Shown here: positions 40,551 through 51,167 of the stretch, piece after piece
Numbering within the stretch: position 1 is the stretch's first letter
Layout of the letters: the number at the start of each line of letters is the position of its first letter
From: Candidatus Magasanikiibacteriota bacterium
GTDB lineage: Bacteria; Patescibacteriota; Patescibacteriia; Magasanikbacterales; UBA922
DNA: 64,000 nt
Assembly (NCBI GenBank): GCA_021648085.1
Contig: JAKITS010000001.1
Location: 45,434 to 109,433, forward strand
Direction of reading: 5' to 3'
The notes under the pieces: generated by a model
Told to the model about the DNA's origin: nothing
What the model saw: only the letters and a program-made list of their open reading frames with translations
Databases searched by the model: none
Program-made: the position numbers and the translations under genes

Positions 40551-40975
40551 GTGTGAGTATATATAAAACAGTTAAAAATACTGGAATAAAACAAAAAGTT
40601 GTTTTAAGTGCTGTGAAAAAAACTTTATCAAAAATTGGTGTAAAAAATAAAGACATAAGCATTAGTTTTATAGGGAGAAAAAAGATGAATAGTTTAAATA
40701 AACGATATAGAAAGAAAAATAGACCTACAGATGTTTTATCTTTTTCAGCTCAAGAAGGATTTGGTATTGGTGAAAATAGTGATTTTGGAGATATCTTTAT
40801 TTGTGTACCTTTTGTAGAAAAACAAGCAAAAAAGCAAAATATAAGCTACAAAGAAGAATGCTTGAGAATGGTAATTCATGGTGTATTGCATCTTGCTGGG
40901 TATGACCATATTACAAAAAAAGATGAAAAAATAATGTTTGGTATTCAAGAAAATATTTTAAAGAAAATGGTATGA
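40547..40975 (+). CDS. ybeY: rRNA maturation endoribonuclease YbeY
   Basis: 'HGVLHLAGYDH' metal-binding motif; 4-nt overlap (ATGA) with upstream gene. Confidence 0.85.
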   Translation: MSVSIYKTVKNTGIKQKVVLSAVKKTLSKIGVKNKDISISFIGRKKMNSLNKRYRKKNRPTDVLSFSAQEGFGIGENSDFGDIFICVPFVEKQAKKQNISYKEECLRMVIHGVLHLAGYDHITKKDEKIMFGIQENILKKMV

Positions 40976-41340
40976 GCGTAAAAAAAATTTTTACAAGTTT
41001 TAGAAATGCTGGAAGGGGTATTATTTATGTTTTTAAAAATGAGCAAAATTTTAGAATTCAAATTATAGTATCTATTTTTATTCTAGCTTTACTTTTTATT
41101 TTTAAGATAAAGCGTACAGAGGTTATTGTGATTTTACTTCTGATAACATTAGTTTTAATTTTGGAAATTCTAAATAGTGCTGTAGAGAAGTTTGCAGATA
41201 TTGTAAAACCACGTTTGCACGAGCAGGTAAAAATAGTAAAAGATATATTAGCCGCAATGGTATTATTTTCTGCGGTCAGTTCTGGAATAATTGGGTTTAT
41301 AATTTTTTTACCGTATGTTTTGGATTTCTGGATAAATTAG
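40972..41340 (+). CDS. dgkA: diacylglycerol kinase / undecaprenol kinase family
   Basis: 122 aa, 3 TM, 'EILNSAVE' motif; ybeY-dgkA linkage. Confidence 0.7.
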   Translation: MSVKKIFTSFRNAGRGIIYVFKNEQNFRIQIIVSIFILALLFIFKIKRTEVIVILLLITLVLILEILNSAVEKFADIVKPRLHEQVKIVKDILAAMVLFSAVSSGIIGFIIFLPYVLDFWIN

Positions 41341-41372
41341 TGATATAATAAATTGATTATATTGTCTTATAT

Positions 41373-42632
41373 ATGCGAAAGAATAGAAATAAAATAGAAC
41401 TGATCACAGGGTTGGATATAGGTTCTACAGCTATTAGAATAGCTGTAGCTCAGCAGATGACAAATAAGAATGGTGATCGTGAATTGCAGTTGGTGGGTGT
41501 AGTAGAGATTCCATCAGAAGGTGTACACAAAGGCACTGTCTCAAGTATAGAAGAGACAGTTTCTTCTATTTCAGATGTTTTGGAAAAAATAGAACGCCTT
41601 ATTGGTGTTCCTGTAACACATGCTTGGGTTGGTATGGCTGGATTTGATATTTTATCGCAAGATAGTGCTGGTGTTATAGCTGTTGCAAAGTCAGACGGTG
41701 AAATTTCCAGTGAGGATATTAGGAGAGCAATAGAAGCATCTCAAAACATGGTAATACCTGCAAACTATGAGTTATTACATGTATTACCGCGCAATTTTAC
41801 AGTAGACGGACAAACAGGTATAAAAGATCCTACAGGTATGACTGGAATAAGAATGGAAGTGAGTGCACAAATAATACATGGTGTTACCTCCCACATAAAT
41901 AATCTTAAAAGGGCTGTGTATAGGGCTGGCTTAGACATAGAAGATATTGTGCTTTCTGTTTTGGCAACCGGTGAAGTCGTTACCACGCAAAAACAAAAAG
42001 AACTCGGATCTATTGTTATAAATATAGGCGGAGCAACTACAAGTATAATTGTGTATGAAGGTGGCGACATACTTCATACAGCTGTAATCCCTATAGGTTC
42101 AGAGTATATTACAAATGACCTTGCTTTGGTTCTTAAAACTTCTATAGATGTTGCAGAAAAAGTAAAAATAGAATGGGGTAATTGTGTTCCTGAGTCTATA
42201 TCTGAATATGAAACTATAGATCTATTTAATCTTGGTAGTAAAGAGCACGAGGAGGTAACACTAAGGCTAATAGCAGAGATAGTCGGCACAAGAGTGAGTG
42301 AGATTTTAGAAAAAGTAGATCAGGAGCTTATGAAGATTGACAGGAGTGGACTACTCCCTGCTGGGGCAATTCTAACTGGAGGCGGTGCAAAAATAAACGG
42401 ATTGATAGAGCTCACAAAAGAAGAGCTAAGATTGCCTGCTACTTTGGGGTATCCAATAGGAATTCAAAGCGCACCAGAAGAGGCAAATGATTTGGCTTTT
42501 AGTACGGCGATTGGGTTGGTAAAGTGGGGTTCTGTTATACAGAACTCTGGGCTAAAAAGTAGTAATAAACTTATAGCACCTGTAAAAGTTTGGCAAGTAG
42601 TGAGGAAAATTTTTAATTCATTTATTCCTTAG
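41373..42632 (+). CDS. ftsA: cell division protein FtsA
   Basis: actin-like 'ITGLDIGSTAIRIAVAQ', 419 aa, upstream of ftsZ. Confidence 0.85.
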   Translation: MRKNRNKIELITGLDIGSTAIRIAVAQQMTNKNGDRELQLVGVVEIPSEGVHKGTVSSIEETVSSISDVLEKIERLIGVPVTHAWVGMAGFDILSQDSAGVIAVAKSDGEISSEDIRRAIEASQNMVIPANYELLHVLPRNFTVDGQTGIKDPTGMTGIRMEVSAQIIHGVTSHINNLKRAVYRAGLDIEDIVLSVLATGEVVTTQKQKELGSIVINIGGATTSIIVYEGGDILHTAVIPIGSEYITNDLALVLKTSIDVAEKVKIEWGNCVPESISEYETIDLFNLGSKEHEEVTLRLIAEIVGTRVSEILEKVDQELMKIDRSGLLPAGAILTGGGAKINGLIELTKEELRLPATLGYPIGIQSAPEEANDLAFSTAIGLVKWGSVIQNSGLKSSNKLIAPVKVWQVVRKIFNSFIP

Positions 42633-42791
42633 TTAGTTCACTTAGTAGAAATACTAGTGTTTTTAAGAGTGTGTACTCTTAAAAACACTATTGTTTTTAT
42701 TTTTTAGTTAAAGTACTCTATATACAGAAGATAACATTATTTTGTTAGTGTTATCGTGTTAGGAAGTTTATTTAGAATAAAGAGAAGGATT

Positions 42792-44081
42792 ATGCCTCAA
42801 GTAAAACCAGATGTGGAAACATTCGCAAAAATAAAAGTTATAGGAGTTGGTGGAGCAGGTGGCTCCGCAATAGATAGAATGATAAAAGAGGGTATTCGTG
42901 GAGTTGAATTTATTGCAATGAATACTGATATTCAGGCATTGCATCACAATGGAGCAACTCATAAAATACATATCGGTAAGACTATTACAAGAGGTCTTGG
43001 CGCTGGAATGAATCCAGAAGTTGGGCGAAAAGCTGCTGAAGAATCACAAAAAGAAATTCAAGATCTTTTAAAAGGTTCTGATATGATTTTTGTTACCTGT
43101 GGTTTGGGTGGTGGAACAGGTTCTGGCGCAAGTCCTGTAATAGCAGGTTTGGCTCGTGAAACTGGAGCTTTGGTAGTGGCTGTTGTTACAAAACCTTTTG
43201 CTTTCGAAGGACCACAAAGAAGTGCAATTGCAGAAAAAGCGTATAGAGAGTTATCTGAAAGTGTTGATACAATCATTACAATTCCAAACGAGAGGGTCTT
43301 ACAAATAATTGAAAAAAATACATCTTTAGTGGATTCTTTTAGAAAAATAGACGATGTTTTGCGTCAAGGTGTGCAGGGAATTTCAGAATTAATTACTATT
43401 CCAGGTTTGGTAAATGTTGATTTTGCAGACATAGAATCTATTATGAAAGATCAGGGTTCTGCACTTATGGGTATAGGTGTTGGAAGTGGAGAGACAAGAC
43501 TTCTTGATGCTGCAAACTCTGCTATCTCTAGTCCTTTGTTGGAGTTATCAATTGACGGTGCAAGAGGTGTTTTGTTTACTGTGACAGGAAGTTCAAATCT
43601 TGGAATGCAAGAGGTTTCAGAGGCCGCAAACATAATAACAAACTCTGCTGATGATGGCTGTAAGGTTATTTTTGGAGCAGTAATAGACGAGGAAATGGGA
43701 GATGATGTTCGTGTTACGGTAATAGCTACAGGTTTTGAAGGTCCAAGACGGCGCGGTGAAAAAAAAGAAATTGAAAAACTTACATCTCCTTTAAAATCTG
43801 CAAAAACTTTTTACCCAACATCAATATTTAGAAAAAATAGAGAAGAAGAAAAAAAAGATGAAATTCAGCGTGAAAATTATACAAATAAAAAGGTAGATGA
43901 TAGCGTACTAAACTCTAGTTTTATGAGCAAGAGCCTGGATAAGGTAAGTGTTTTGAACAATTCCCAAAACCCATCTTTAGATGTAGAAGAAGAAAAGGGT
44001 GAAAAAACACCAAAAGTAAATTTTAGTGGTGCGGACGATTTGGAAATTCCCACATTTATTAGAAAAAAAATGGGAATGTAG
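42792..44081 (+). CDS. ftsZ: cell division protein FtsZ
   Basis: 'GVGGAGGSAIDRM', 'GLGGGTGSGASPVIA' tubulin signature; start moved to ATG 42792 after RBS AGAAGGA. Confidence 0.9.
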   Translation: MPQVKPDVETFAKIKVIGVGGAGGSAIDRMIKEGIRGVEFIAMNTDIQALHHNGATHKIHIGKTITRGLGAGMNPEVGRKAAEESQKEIQDLLKGSDMIFVTCGLGGGTGSGASPVIAGLARETGALVVAVVTKPFAFEGPQRSAIAEKAYRELSESVDTIITIPNERVLQIIEKNTSLVDSFRKIDDVLRQGVQGISELITIPGLVNVDFADIESIMKDQGSALMGIGVGSGETRLLDAANSAISSPLLELSIDGARGVLFTVTGSSNLGMQEVSEAANIITNSADDGCKVIFGAVIDEEMGDDVRVTVIATGFEGPRRRGEKKEIEKLTSPLKSAKTFYPTSIFRKNREEEKKDEIQRENYTNKKVDDSVLNSSFMSKSLDKVSVLNNSQNPSLDVEEEKGEKTPKVNFSGADDLEIPTFIRKKMGM

Positions 44082-44108
44082 TTTATTAAAGAGTTTTATA
44101 AATATTTT

Positions 44109-44576
44109 ATGCATTGTCCAGTCTGCTCTTCAAAAGAAACTAGGGTTGTAGATTCTAGAATTATACAAGATGGAATGGCTGTAAAAAGAAGGCGAGAGTG
44201 TGAGAAATGTTCCTATCGTTTTTCCACAAAAGAAGAGACAGAACTTCTAGATCTTGTTGTTATAAAAGGTGATGGAAAGAGAGAGGCATATTTGCGAAAT
44301 AAACTAGAAAAAGGTCTTTTAGTGTCTTTAAGTAAGCGTCCGTACACCCAAGAAAAATTGGATAGAATGGTCCATTCAATAGAAAGGTCAATACAAAAAA
44401 GAAAGAAAAGGGAGATATTAAGCAAAGACATTGGTGAGATTGTAATGAAACATTTGAAAAAATTTGATAAGGTTGCTTATGTTAGGTTTGCGTCTGTTTA
44501 TAGGTCATTTGAGGATGTAGAAGGTTTTCAGGATACTGTAAATGCACTTAGTCCAAAAAAAAGAAAAAGAAAATAA
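44109..44576 (+). CDS. nrdR: transcriptional repressor NrdR
   Basis: 'MHCPVCSSKETRVVDSR...CEKCSYRFST' zinc ribbon + ATP-cone. Confidence 0.85.
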   Translation: MHCPVCSSKETRVVDSRIIQDGMAVKRRRECEKCSYRFSTKEETELLDLVVIKGDGKREAYLRNKLEKGLLVSLSKRPYTQEKLDRMVHSIERSIQKRKKREILSKDIGEIVMKHLKKFDKVAYVRFASVYRSFEDVEGFQDTVNALSPKKRKRK

Positions 44577-44585
44577 TTTAAAACT

Positions 44586-44888
44586 ATGTCAAAGGAGAAG
44601 AAAAATATAAAAGGATTGTCTGTAAATTCAGACACAAAAAAACTTTTGGAAGCAAATTTGGAAATTTCCAAAAGAATTGAGATTCAAAATAAAAAACTTC
44701 TAAAAAAGTTTAAATGGATGTTAATAAGTAATTACATCCGCTTAGCGTTAATCGTAGTTCCTTTTATTTTGGCAGCAATTTTCCTTCCGGCGTATATAGC
44801 CAAATTTTTAGAAGATTACAATGCTATTATTTCTCAAACTTCTAATTTTCCAGATGTTTCCGAATTGTTAAAATATCTGAAACAGTAA
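44586..44888 (+). CDS. small membrane protein, hypothetical
   Basis: 100 aa, one TM. Confidence 0.35.
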   Translation: MSKEKKNIKGLSVNSDTKKLLEANLEISKRIEIQNKKLLKKFKWMLISNYIRLALIVVPFILAAIFLPAYIAKFLEDYNAIISQTSNFPDVSELLKYLKQ

Positions 44889-44893
44889 TTTTT

Positions 44894-46336
44894 ATGAACA
44901 AAAGAACGAAAATAGTTTGCACAATAGGTCCGGCATGTGAAAAGAAAAGTATTTTAAAAAAAATGGTAAAAGTTGGAATGAATGTTGCTAGATTAAATTT
45001 TTCTCACGGCACACACGAAAACCACAAGCAACTTATAAAAAATATAAGAGAAGTGGCTAAAAAAACTGGTGAGCCTATTGCTATTATACAAGATCTGCAA
45101 GGACCAAAGATAAGACTCGGTATTTTACCAAAAGAAGGTGTTGAAATTAAAAAAGGTCAAGAGGTTATTTTTGATACATCTATAAAAGAGTATAAAAATA
45201 AAGTAGTACCAATTACTTATAAAGATTTGCACAAACATTTAAAAAAAGGTGAAAGAATTTTACTAGCAGATGGTAAGATAGAGGTAAAAATAATGCAGGT
45301 TGTTAAAACAAAAATAAAGACTAAAGTTGTAGTAAGTGGTATAATAAGTTCAAACAAAGGTTTGAATGTTCCAGACTCAAAATTAAAAATTTCTGCACTT
45401 ACAAAAAAAGATAAAGAGGATGCTTTGTTTGGAGTGGAGAATAATGTAGATTATATAGCACTTTCTTTTGTGACAGAGGCAAAAGACATAATAGATTTAA
45501 GATTTTTAATTAAAGAATACGAAAAAAAATTAAAAATTAAAAATGATAATGATATTCGTATTATTGCAAAAATAGAAAGACATGAGGCTGTTGATAATAT
45601 AGAAGAGATAATGGAGGTTGTGGATGGTATTATGGTTGCAAGAGGAGATCTTGGAATGGAAATTCCAGCGGAGCGAGTACCTCTGGTACAAAAAAAATTG
45701 ATAGACATTTCACTTAAATACTCTAAGCCTGTTATCGTTGCAACTCAGATGCTGGATTCTATGCAGGATAATCCAAGACCAACAAGAGCAGAGGTTTCAG
45801 ATGTGGCAAATGCTGTAATAGATCACACAGACGCTGTAATGCTTTCAAATGAAACAGCAACGGGAAAATACCCAGTCCACACTGTAAGGGTTATGTCTAA
45901 AATAATAAGCGAAACAGAAGCTTCAGATTATGATACTTTGGGTATGGCGATGCGTTCAATAAAAAAACATGGAAATGTGGATGAGATTATAACAAAACTT
46001 TCTAGGGTTATAGCAGAAGATACAGACAGTAAGTTAATTTTGGCGGCTTCAATTTCTGGTGATACAGGTAGGCTTATAAGTAAGTATAGGCCAGAATTAC
46101 CAATAGCTGTAGGATCAAGCTCTAAAAGAGTGAGGCGTCAGTTAAATTTGTCGTGGGGTGTTTTACCTTTTATTTTGTTAGAATGTTCTTCTATAGAAGA
46201 GTTGGTAGAGCGCTCAGTATCCTATCTAAAGAAAAATAAAATAATCAAAAAAAGAGATAAAATTGTTGTTGTAGCAGGAGAACCTGTAGGGAAGGCTGGA
46301 AACATAAATTTATTAGAATTAAAAGAAATTAAATAA
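44894..46336 (+). CDS. pyk: pyruvate kinase
   Basis: 'RTKIVCTIGPA', 'ARLNFSHG', 'MVARGDLGMEIP'. Confidence 0.9.
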   Translation: MNKRTKIVCTIGPACEKKSILKKMVKVGMNVARLNFSHGTHENHKQLIKNIREVAKKTGEPIAIIQDLQGPKIRLGILPKEGVEIKKGQEVIFDTSIKEYKNKVVPITYKDLHKHLKKGERILLADGKIEVKIMQVVKTKIKTKVVVSGIISSNKGLNVPDSKLKISALTKKDKEDALFGVENNVDYIALSFVTEAKDIIDLRFLIKEYEKKLKIKNDNDIRIIAKIERHEAVDNIEEIMEVVDGIMVARGDLGMEIPAERVPLVQKKLIDISLKYSKPVIVATQMLDSMQDNPRPTRAEVSDVANAVIDHTDAVMLSNETATGKYPVHTVRVMSKIISETEASDYDTLGMAMRSIKKHGNVDEIITKLSRVIAEDTDSKLILAASISGDTGRLISKYRPELPIAVGSSSKRVRRQLNLSWGVLPFILLECSSIEELVERSVSYLKKNKIIKKRDKIVVVAGEPVGKAGNINLLELKEIK

Positions 46337-46342
46337 TTTTGT

Positions 46343-49300
46343 ATGACACCTAAACTAGGTAAAAAACAAAAAAACATACTTTGGTTCAATGAGATTCGTA
46401 TAGGCGATATCCCTTTGGTTGGTGGAAAAAACGCATCACTAGGGGAGATGTATAATAGTTTAGAAAAAAAAGGTGTGAGTATTCCTTATGGTTTTGCCTT
46501 AACATCAAAAGCTTACAGAACAATTTTAAAAGAAAACAATTTAGATAAAGAATTTAAAAATATTTTTAAAACTTTAAACATAAAAGATGTAAAAAAATTG
46601 AATGAAACAGGTAGAAAGGTGCGATCAATGTTAATGAAGGCAAAAATTCCAAAAGATATTAAGCAGGAGATTTTACTGGCTTACAAAAAATTGAATAAAT
46701 ATGCAAAAAGTAAGAATGTAGCTGTAGCTGTAAGGTCTAGTGCCACTGCAGAAGATTTGCCAGATGCAAGTTTTGCTGGTCAGCAAGAAACCTATTTAAA
46801 CATAAGAGGTGAAAAAGATGTTTTGAATGCTGTGAGAAAGTGTATAACTTCTTTGTTTACAAATAGGGCTATTTCTTATCGTGAGACAAAAGGTTTCGAT
46901 CATTTAAGTATTTCTTTGTCTGTCTCAATACAAATAATGGTAAATTCTTCAGATGGTGCAAGTGGAGTTATGTTTACTTTGGATACAGAATCTGGTTTTG
47001 ACAAGGTTGTGCTGTTAAATGCATCTTATGGTTTGGGTGAGTATATTGTAAAAGGTAGGGTAAATCCAGACAGGTATTATATTTTTAAAGATGGTATAAA
47101 AAAAGGTAAAAAATCAATAATAGAGCGAAATTTGGGGAGTAAAGAGGTTCGTTTGGTTTATAAGAATGGTTCTGGCACAAAACAAAAAAAGGTTTCAAAA
47201 ACACAAAAATCTAAATATGCAATTTCAGATGAAGATGTTGTAAAGCTTACAAAATGGGCAATGATTATAGAGGATTTTTATAAAAAACCTCAAGACATAG
47301 AGTGGGCAAAAGATGGTAATACCGGAGAATTATATATAGTTCAAGCTAGGCCAGAGACTGTAAAAACAAGAGAAAATAAAAATGTTGTTGAAGATTATAA
47401 GTTAAAAAATAAAGGTAATGTAATTTTGACTGGTGTTGCGATTGGTCAAAAAATAGGTGTTGGAAAGGTTCGAGTAATAAGCAGTCCAAAAGAAATCCAC
47501 AAATTCAAAGAAGGTGAGGTTTTAGTTACAAGAATTACAGATCCAGATTGGGAGCCTATTATGAGAATTGCGTCTGCAATTATTACAGAGCAAGGAGGAA
47601 AGACAAGTCATGCAGCTATAGTGTCAAGAGAAATGGGTGTGCCATGTATTGTGGGCGCTACAAATGCGAGAAAAAAATTAAAAACCGGAAGTAAAGTGAC
47701 TGTTAGTTGTGTGGATGGAGATAAAGGACAAATATACAAAGGTATTCTTTCTTTTGAGGTAAAAAAGACAAAAATAGATAAAATTCCAAAAACAAAAACA
47801 AAAGTAATGTTGAATGTGGGAGATCCTACCAATGCATTTGCTTTATCTTTTTTACCAAACGATGGTGTTGGGCTTGCTCGCGAAGAGTTTATTATAGCGA
47901 GTACTATTAAAATCCACCCACTTGCACTACTAAATTTCAATAAATTAAAAGATAAAAAAGCAAAAAAGATAATAGAAGATATAACTGTTGGATATAAAAA
48001 TAAAGCAGATTATTTTGTGGATAAACTTGCAGAAGGTGTCGCAAAAATTGCTGTCTCTAGTTATGACAACGATGTAATACTCAGACTTAGTGATTTCAAA
48101 AGTAATGAATATTCTTCTTTAATAGGTGGTGCAGAATTTGAGCCAGAAGAAGAAAACCCAATGATTGGTTGGCGTGGTGCTAGTAGGTATTACTCCAAAG
48201 AATATAAAAAAGCTTTTCGTTTGGAATGTGAAGCTATAAAAAGAGTTAGAAATGAGTGGGGGCTTACAAATGTGATAGTTATGGTTCCTTTTTGTAGAAC
48301 CCCAGAAGAAGGTGAGAAAGTTATAAAAACAATGGCAGAATTTGGCTTGAAACAAGGGGAAAATGGTTTGCAGGTTTATGTAATGTGCGAAATTCCATCA
48401 AATGTAATTTTAGCGGAAGAGTTCGCTAAAATTTTCGACGGATTTAGTATTGGAACAAACGATCTTACACAGCTTACACTTGGTGTGAGTAGAGATTCAG
48501 CACTTTTGAGTGATATTTACGATGAAAATAATAAGGCTGTAAAATCTCTAATTCGTTCAGTAATAAAAATTGCACATAAAAATAAAAAGAAAATAGGAAT
48601 TTGTGGTCAAGCTCCTAGTGATTATCCAAAATTCGCAGATTTTCTTGTTAGAGAAGGGGTAGATAGTATTTCACTAAACCCAGATACTGTTTTGCAAACA
48701 AAAAAGAGAATTGCAAGTTTGGAAAGGACACTTGGAAAAACAGGAAAGAAAACAAATAAAAAATATCTAAGTTTTATAGGAATGTTTGGTTTGGTTGCAA
48801 GTTTGCTTGTTGGGGTAGGTGCTGGGTGTGATAGTATTAGAAATACAGATGGTTTTACTTTTGAGACCAGTAATAATGATATTACTCCAGCTCAAATTCG
48901 TGAAAAAACAGAAGAGCAACTTACAAAAAGATTTGAAGAGGAAAATTCTGCAAAACGAGTGGTTTTGGAAGAGGGTGGTTTTGCTAATTTTACACTTTCT
49001 TATCCTGTAGGTTGGAAGGTGGAACACTGGAGTGGTGGTTTGACTATAAAAGATATAGAAAATGATGAGTATATAAGTATTTTTACTCAGCTTGTGTCTC
49101 ACCCGGTGGAAGATCTAAAAAAGGAGGATATAAAAGTTGGAAAGTTGGATGCTAAAAAATACCAAGAGGTTTTTTACAATACTACAAACACACTTTTTAT
49201 AGTTGAAGTGGAGACTGCAGATGGGGATATTTTGGAGATAAACGGAACTACAAAACTTTTTGATGAAATCTTAAAATCTATGTCTTTTGTGAGTGAAAGT

Positions 49301-49465
49301 ACTCTGCCAGACAACGACACAAGTCATTGGGATGTGCGTGAGAAGCGAATTTGTATACAAATGGTTACATACGCAAGAGAAAGTGGCGGGGATAGTTGTG
49401 AATTTTTTCCAACGCCCTGTAGTGTTCCGGGCGACTGGGAAGTCTGCGATGCAGGAGACTTATAG
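46343..49465 (+). CDS. ppsA: phosphoenolpyruvate synthase (pyruvate, water dikinase) with in-frame ~240-aa C-terminal lipoprotein-like extension
   Basis: 'GGKNASLGEM', 'VRSSATAEDLPDASFAGQQET', 'GGKTSHAAIVSREMGVPC', 'IGTNDLTQLTLG' match E. coli PpsA; extension begins ~48740 with signal-peptide/lipobox-like 'FGLVASLLVGVGAGC'. Confidence 0.85.
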   Translation: MTPKLGKKQKNILWFNEIRIGDIPLVGGKNASLGEMYNSLEKKGVSIPYGFALTSKAYRTILKENNLDKEFKNIFKTLNIKDVKKLNETGRKVRSMLMKAKIPKDIKQEILLAYKKLNKYAKSKNVAVAVRSSATAEDLPDASFAGQQETYLNIRGEKDVLNAVRKCITSLFTNRAISYRETKGFDHLSISLSVSIQIMVNSSDGASGVMFTLDTESGFDKVVLLNASYGLGEYIVKGRVNPDRYYIFKDGIKKGKKSIIERNLGSKEVRLVYKNGSGTKQKKVSKTQKSKYAISDEDVVKLTKWAMIIEDFYKKPQDIEWAKDGNTGELYIVQARPETVKTRENKNVVEDYKLKNKGNVILTGVAIGQKIGVGKVRVISSPKEIHKFKEGEVLVTRITDPDWEPIMRIASAIITEQGGKTSHAAIVSREMGVPCIVGATNARKKLKTGSKVTVSCVDGDKGQIYKGILSFEVKKTKIDKIPKTKTKVMLNVGDPTNAFALSFLPNDGVGLAREEFIIASTIKIHPLALLNFNKLKDKKAKKIIEDITVGYKNKADYFVDKLAEGVAKIAVSSYDNDVILRLSDFKSNEYSSLIGGAEFEPEEENPMIGWRGASRYYSKEYKKAFRLECEAIKRVRNEWGLTNVIVMVPFCRTPEEGEKVIKTMAEFGLKQGENGLQVYVMCEIPSNVILAEEFAKIFDGFSIGTNDLTQLTLGVSRDSALLSDIYDENNKAVKSLIRSVIKIAHKNKKKIGICGQAPSDYPKFADFLVREGVDSISLNPDTVLQTKKRIASLERTLGKTGKKTNKKYLSFIGMFGLVASLLVGVGAGCDSIRNTDGFTFETSNNDITPAQIREKTEEQLTKRFEEENSAKRVVLEEGGFANFTLSYPVGWKVEHWSGGLTIKDIENDEYISIFTQLVSHPVEDLKKEDIKVGKLDAKKYQEVFYNTTNTLFIVEVETADGDILEINGTTKLFDEILKSMSFVSESTLPDNDTSHWDVREKRICIQMVTYARESGGDSCEFFPTPCSVPGDWEVCDAGDL

Positions 49466-49485
49466 TAAAAATAAAAACCACCAGT

Positions 49486-50412
49486 CTATTGGTGGTTTTT
49501 GGTTCTAACAATTCGTAAAACTGGGGTTAAAACTATTCTGCAGTTTGGAAGTTTTTGTTTTAATTCTAGAATACCATTTCTACTAAGTGGGTTTTCAGAA
49601 ACATCTAAACATTCAAGATATTTCATTTTTGAAATAGTATCTATAATCGCATCACTAAATTTATTTTTTCTAATGCCTAACTGTTTAAGTTTTGACAAAG
49701 ATAGTAAACTAATTAAACCTCTAAAAGTAATTTGATTTTCTGACAAATCCAAGAAAAATAATTCTGATAACTCTCTAATTTTTTCTAAAGCTTTGTCGTT
49801 TATTAAATTATTTCTCAAATCCAAATTATTTAAAGAAGTTTGTCTTAAAATGCACTTAATTCCATAGATGCTTAAATCACAGTTTGGCGCAGAAAGCTCT
49901 CTTAAATTTGGTAAAGGAATATTACTATTTAACATTAAAAAGAAGCTTTTTGTCTTTCCATTTTGATTTACAAAAAACAGCTTGCTAATTCTATGGAATA
50001 ATTGTTCTTTTAGTGATCTAATAATATAAGATGCACCTTCAGATCTTAGTCGAATCCAAATTTTGTAAGAATCTTTTGTGTATGTGGAAGAATTTGGACA
50101 TACTACCAATTCACCTGTTTTAATCATTTCTTCAAGGTCTTCTATTATTTTTTCATCTAAAAACAAATAAGAAAACAAATACTGTGTCATTTCTTTTGGA
50201 TAGTGGAAACCTAAAACTTCACACAAATGCATAGATTCTTTAGTCATTCCTCTTTTTTGGAGAAAATTTAAGAAAAAATTTAAAACTTTATGGTCAAATC
50301 TATGATGAAAAGTCCTAAATAAATTTTTGTGAGATAATAGTAATATGGGATTTGGATATTTTTTGGCCAATTCTTTTGAAAATAAACTAAGCATTTTTTC
50401 TATATTCTTCAC
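49486..50412 (-). CDS. leucine-rich-repeat (LRR) protein
   Basis: C-terminal half has consecutive LxxLxLxxN LRR units ('LNNLDLRNNLIND', 'LFFLDLSENQIT', 'LKQLGIRKNKFS', 'LECLDVSENPLS'). Confidence 0.6.
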   Translation of the reverse strand: MKNIEKMLSLFSKELAKKYPNPILLLSHKNLFRTFHHRFDHKVLNFFLNFLQKRGMTKESMHLCEVLGFHYPKEMTQYLFSYLFLDEKIIEDLEEMIKTGELVVCPNSSTYTKDSYKIWIRLRSEGASYIIRSLKEQLFHRISKLFFVNQNGKTKSFFLMLNSNIPLPNLRELSAPNCDLSIYGIKCILRQTSLNNLDLRNNLINDKALEKIRELSELFFLDLSENQITFRGLISLLSLSKLKQLGIRKNKFSDAIIDTISKMKYLECLDVSENPLSRNGILELKQKLPNCRIVLTPVLRIVRTKNHQ

Positions 50413-50594
50413 TTTTTTCTCCTATTTTTTTATACTATTTTTGAGTTTGGTTCAAAAGTAGTATTATTGTAAAGAACTTACCTATTCATAATAGCAGAGA
50501 AAATGATCATATTACAATAAAATATGTATCTTAACTTGAAAATGAAAGAAAAGTATGGTTTAATGCGTATTAATAAGTGTAAAAATAACTGTTT

Positions 50595-51167
50595 ATGCAG
50601 GATTTTTGTAAAAATAAAACAGACGAAGAATTGGTAAAATTATCCCTGCAAAAACAGGACTATTTTTTGTGTCTAATGGAAAAGTACGAGGGCAGGTTGA
50701 TTTCTTATGTTATGCGTATTTCTAGTTTTAACAGAGAGGATGCTGAAGATGTTTTACAAGAAGTTTTTGTAAAAGCTTATTTTAATTTGAATAATTTTGA
50801 TACAAAACTAAAATTTTCATCTTGGATTTATAGAATTACCCACAATCAAACTATTAGTCAGTTTAGAAAAAACAAGGTGCGTCCTTTATTTTATTTTGAA
50901 GAAAATGATCTAATTTTACTTATTGATAAATTTAATTTATCAAAAGAAGTGGACGATGGTTTTTTGAAGGAAAAAGTTTTAGAAGTTTTACAAAAAATGG
51001 ATAAGAAGTATAGTGAAGTTTTGGTTCTTAAATTTTTAGAGGATAAAGATTATAAGGAAATTTCAGATATTTTGAAAAAACCAACAGGAACTGTTGGAAC
51101 TTTAATAAATAGGGCAAAAACTAAATTTAAAAATGAATTTTTAAAATATGAAGGAAAATCTCAGTAA
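50595..51167 (+). CDS. ECF-family RNA polymerase sigma factor
   Basis: sigma-70 region 2 ('DVLQEVFVKAY..WIYRITHN') and region 4 HTH ('YKEISDILKKPTGTVGTLINRAK'). Confidence 0.8.
   Translation: MQDFCKNKTDEELVKLSLQKQDYFLCLMEKYEGRLISYVMRISSFNREDAEDVLQEVFVKAYFNLNNFDTKLKFSSWIYRITHNQTISQFRKNKVRPLFYFEENDLILLIDKFNLSKEVDDGFLKEKVLEVLQKMDKKYSEVLVLKFLEDKDYKEISDILKKPTGTVGTLINRAKTKFKNEFLKYEGKSQ

Noticed and set aside
42756-42791. 12-aa N-terminal extension of ftsZ (MLGSLFRIKRRI)
   Set aside because: ATG 42792 is preceded by RBS AGAAGGA and FtsZ homology starts there
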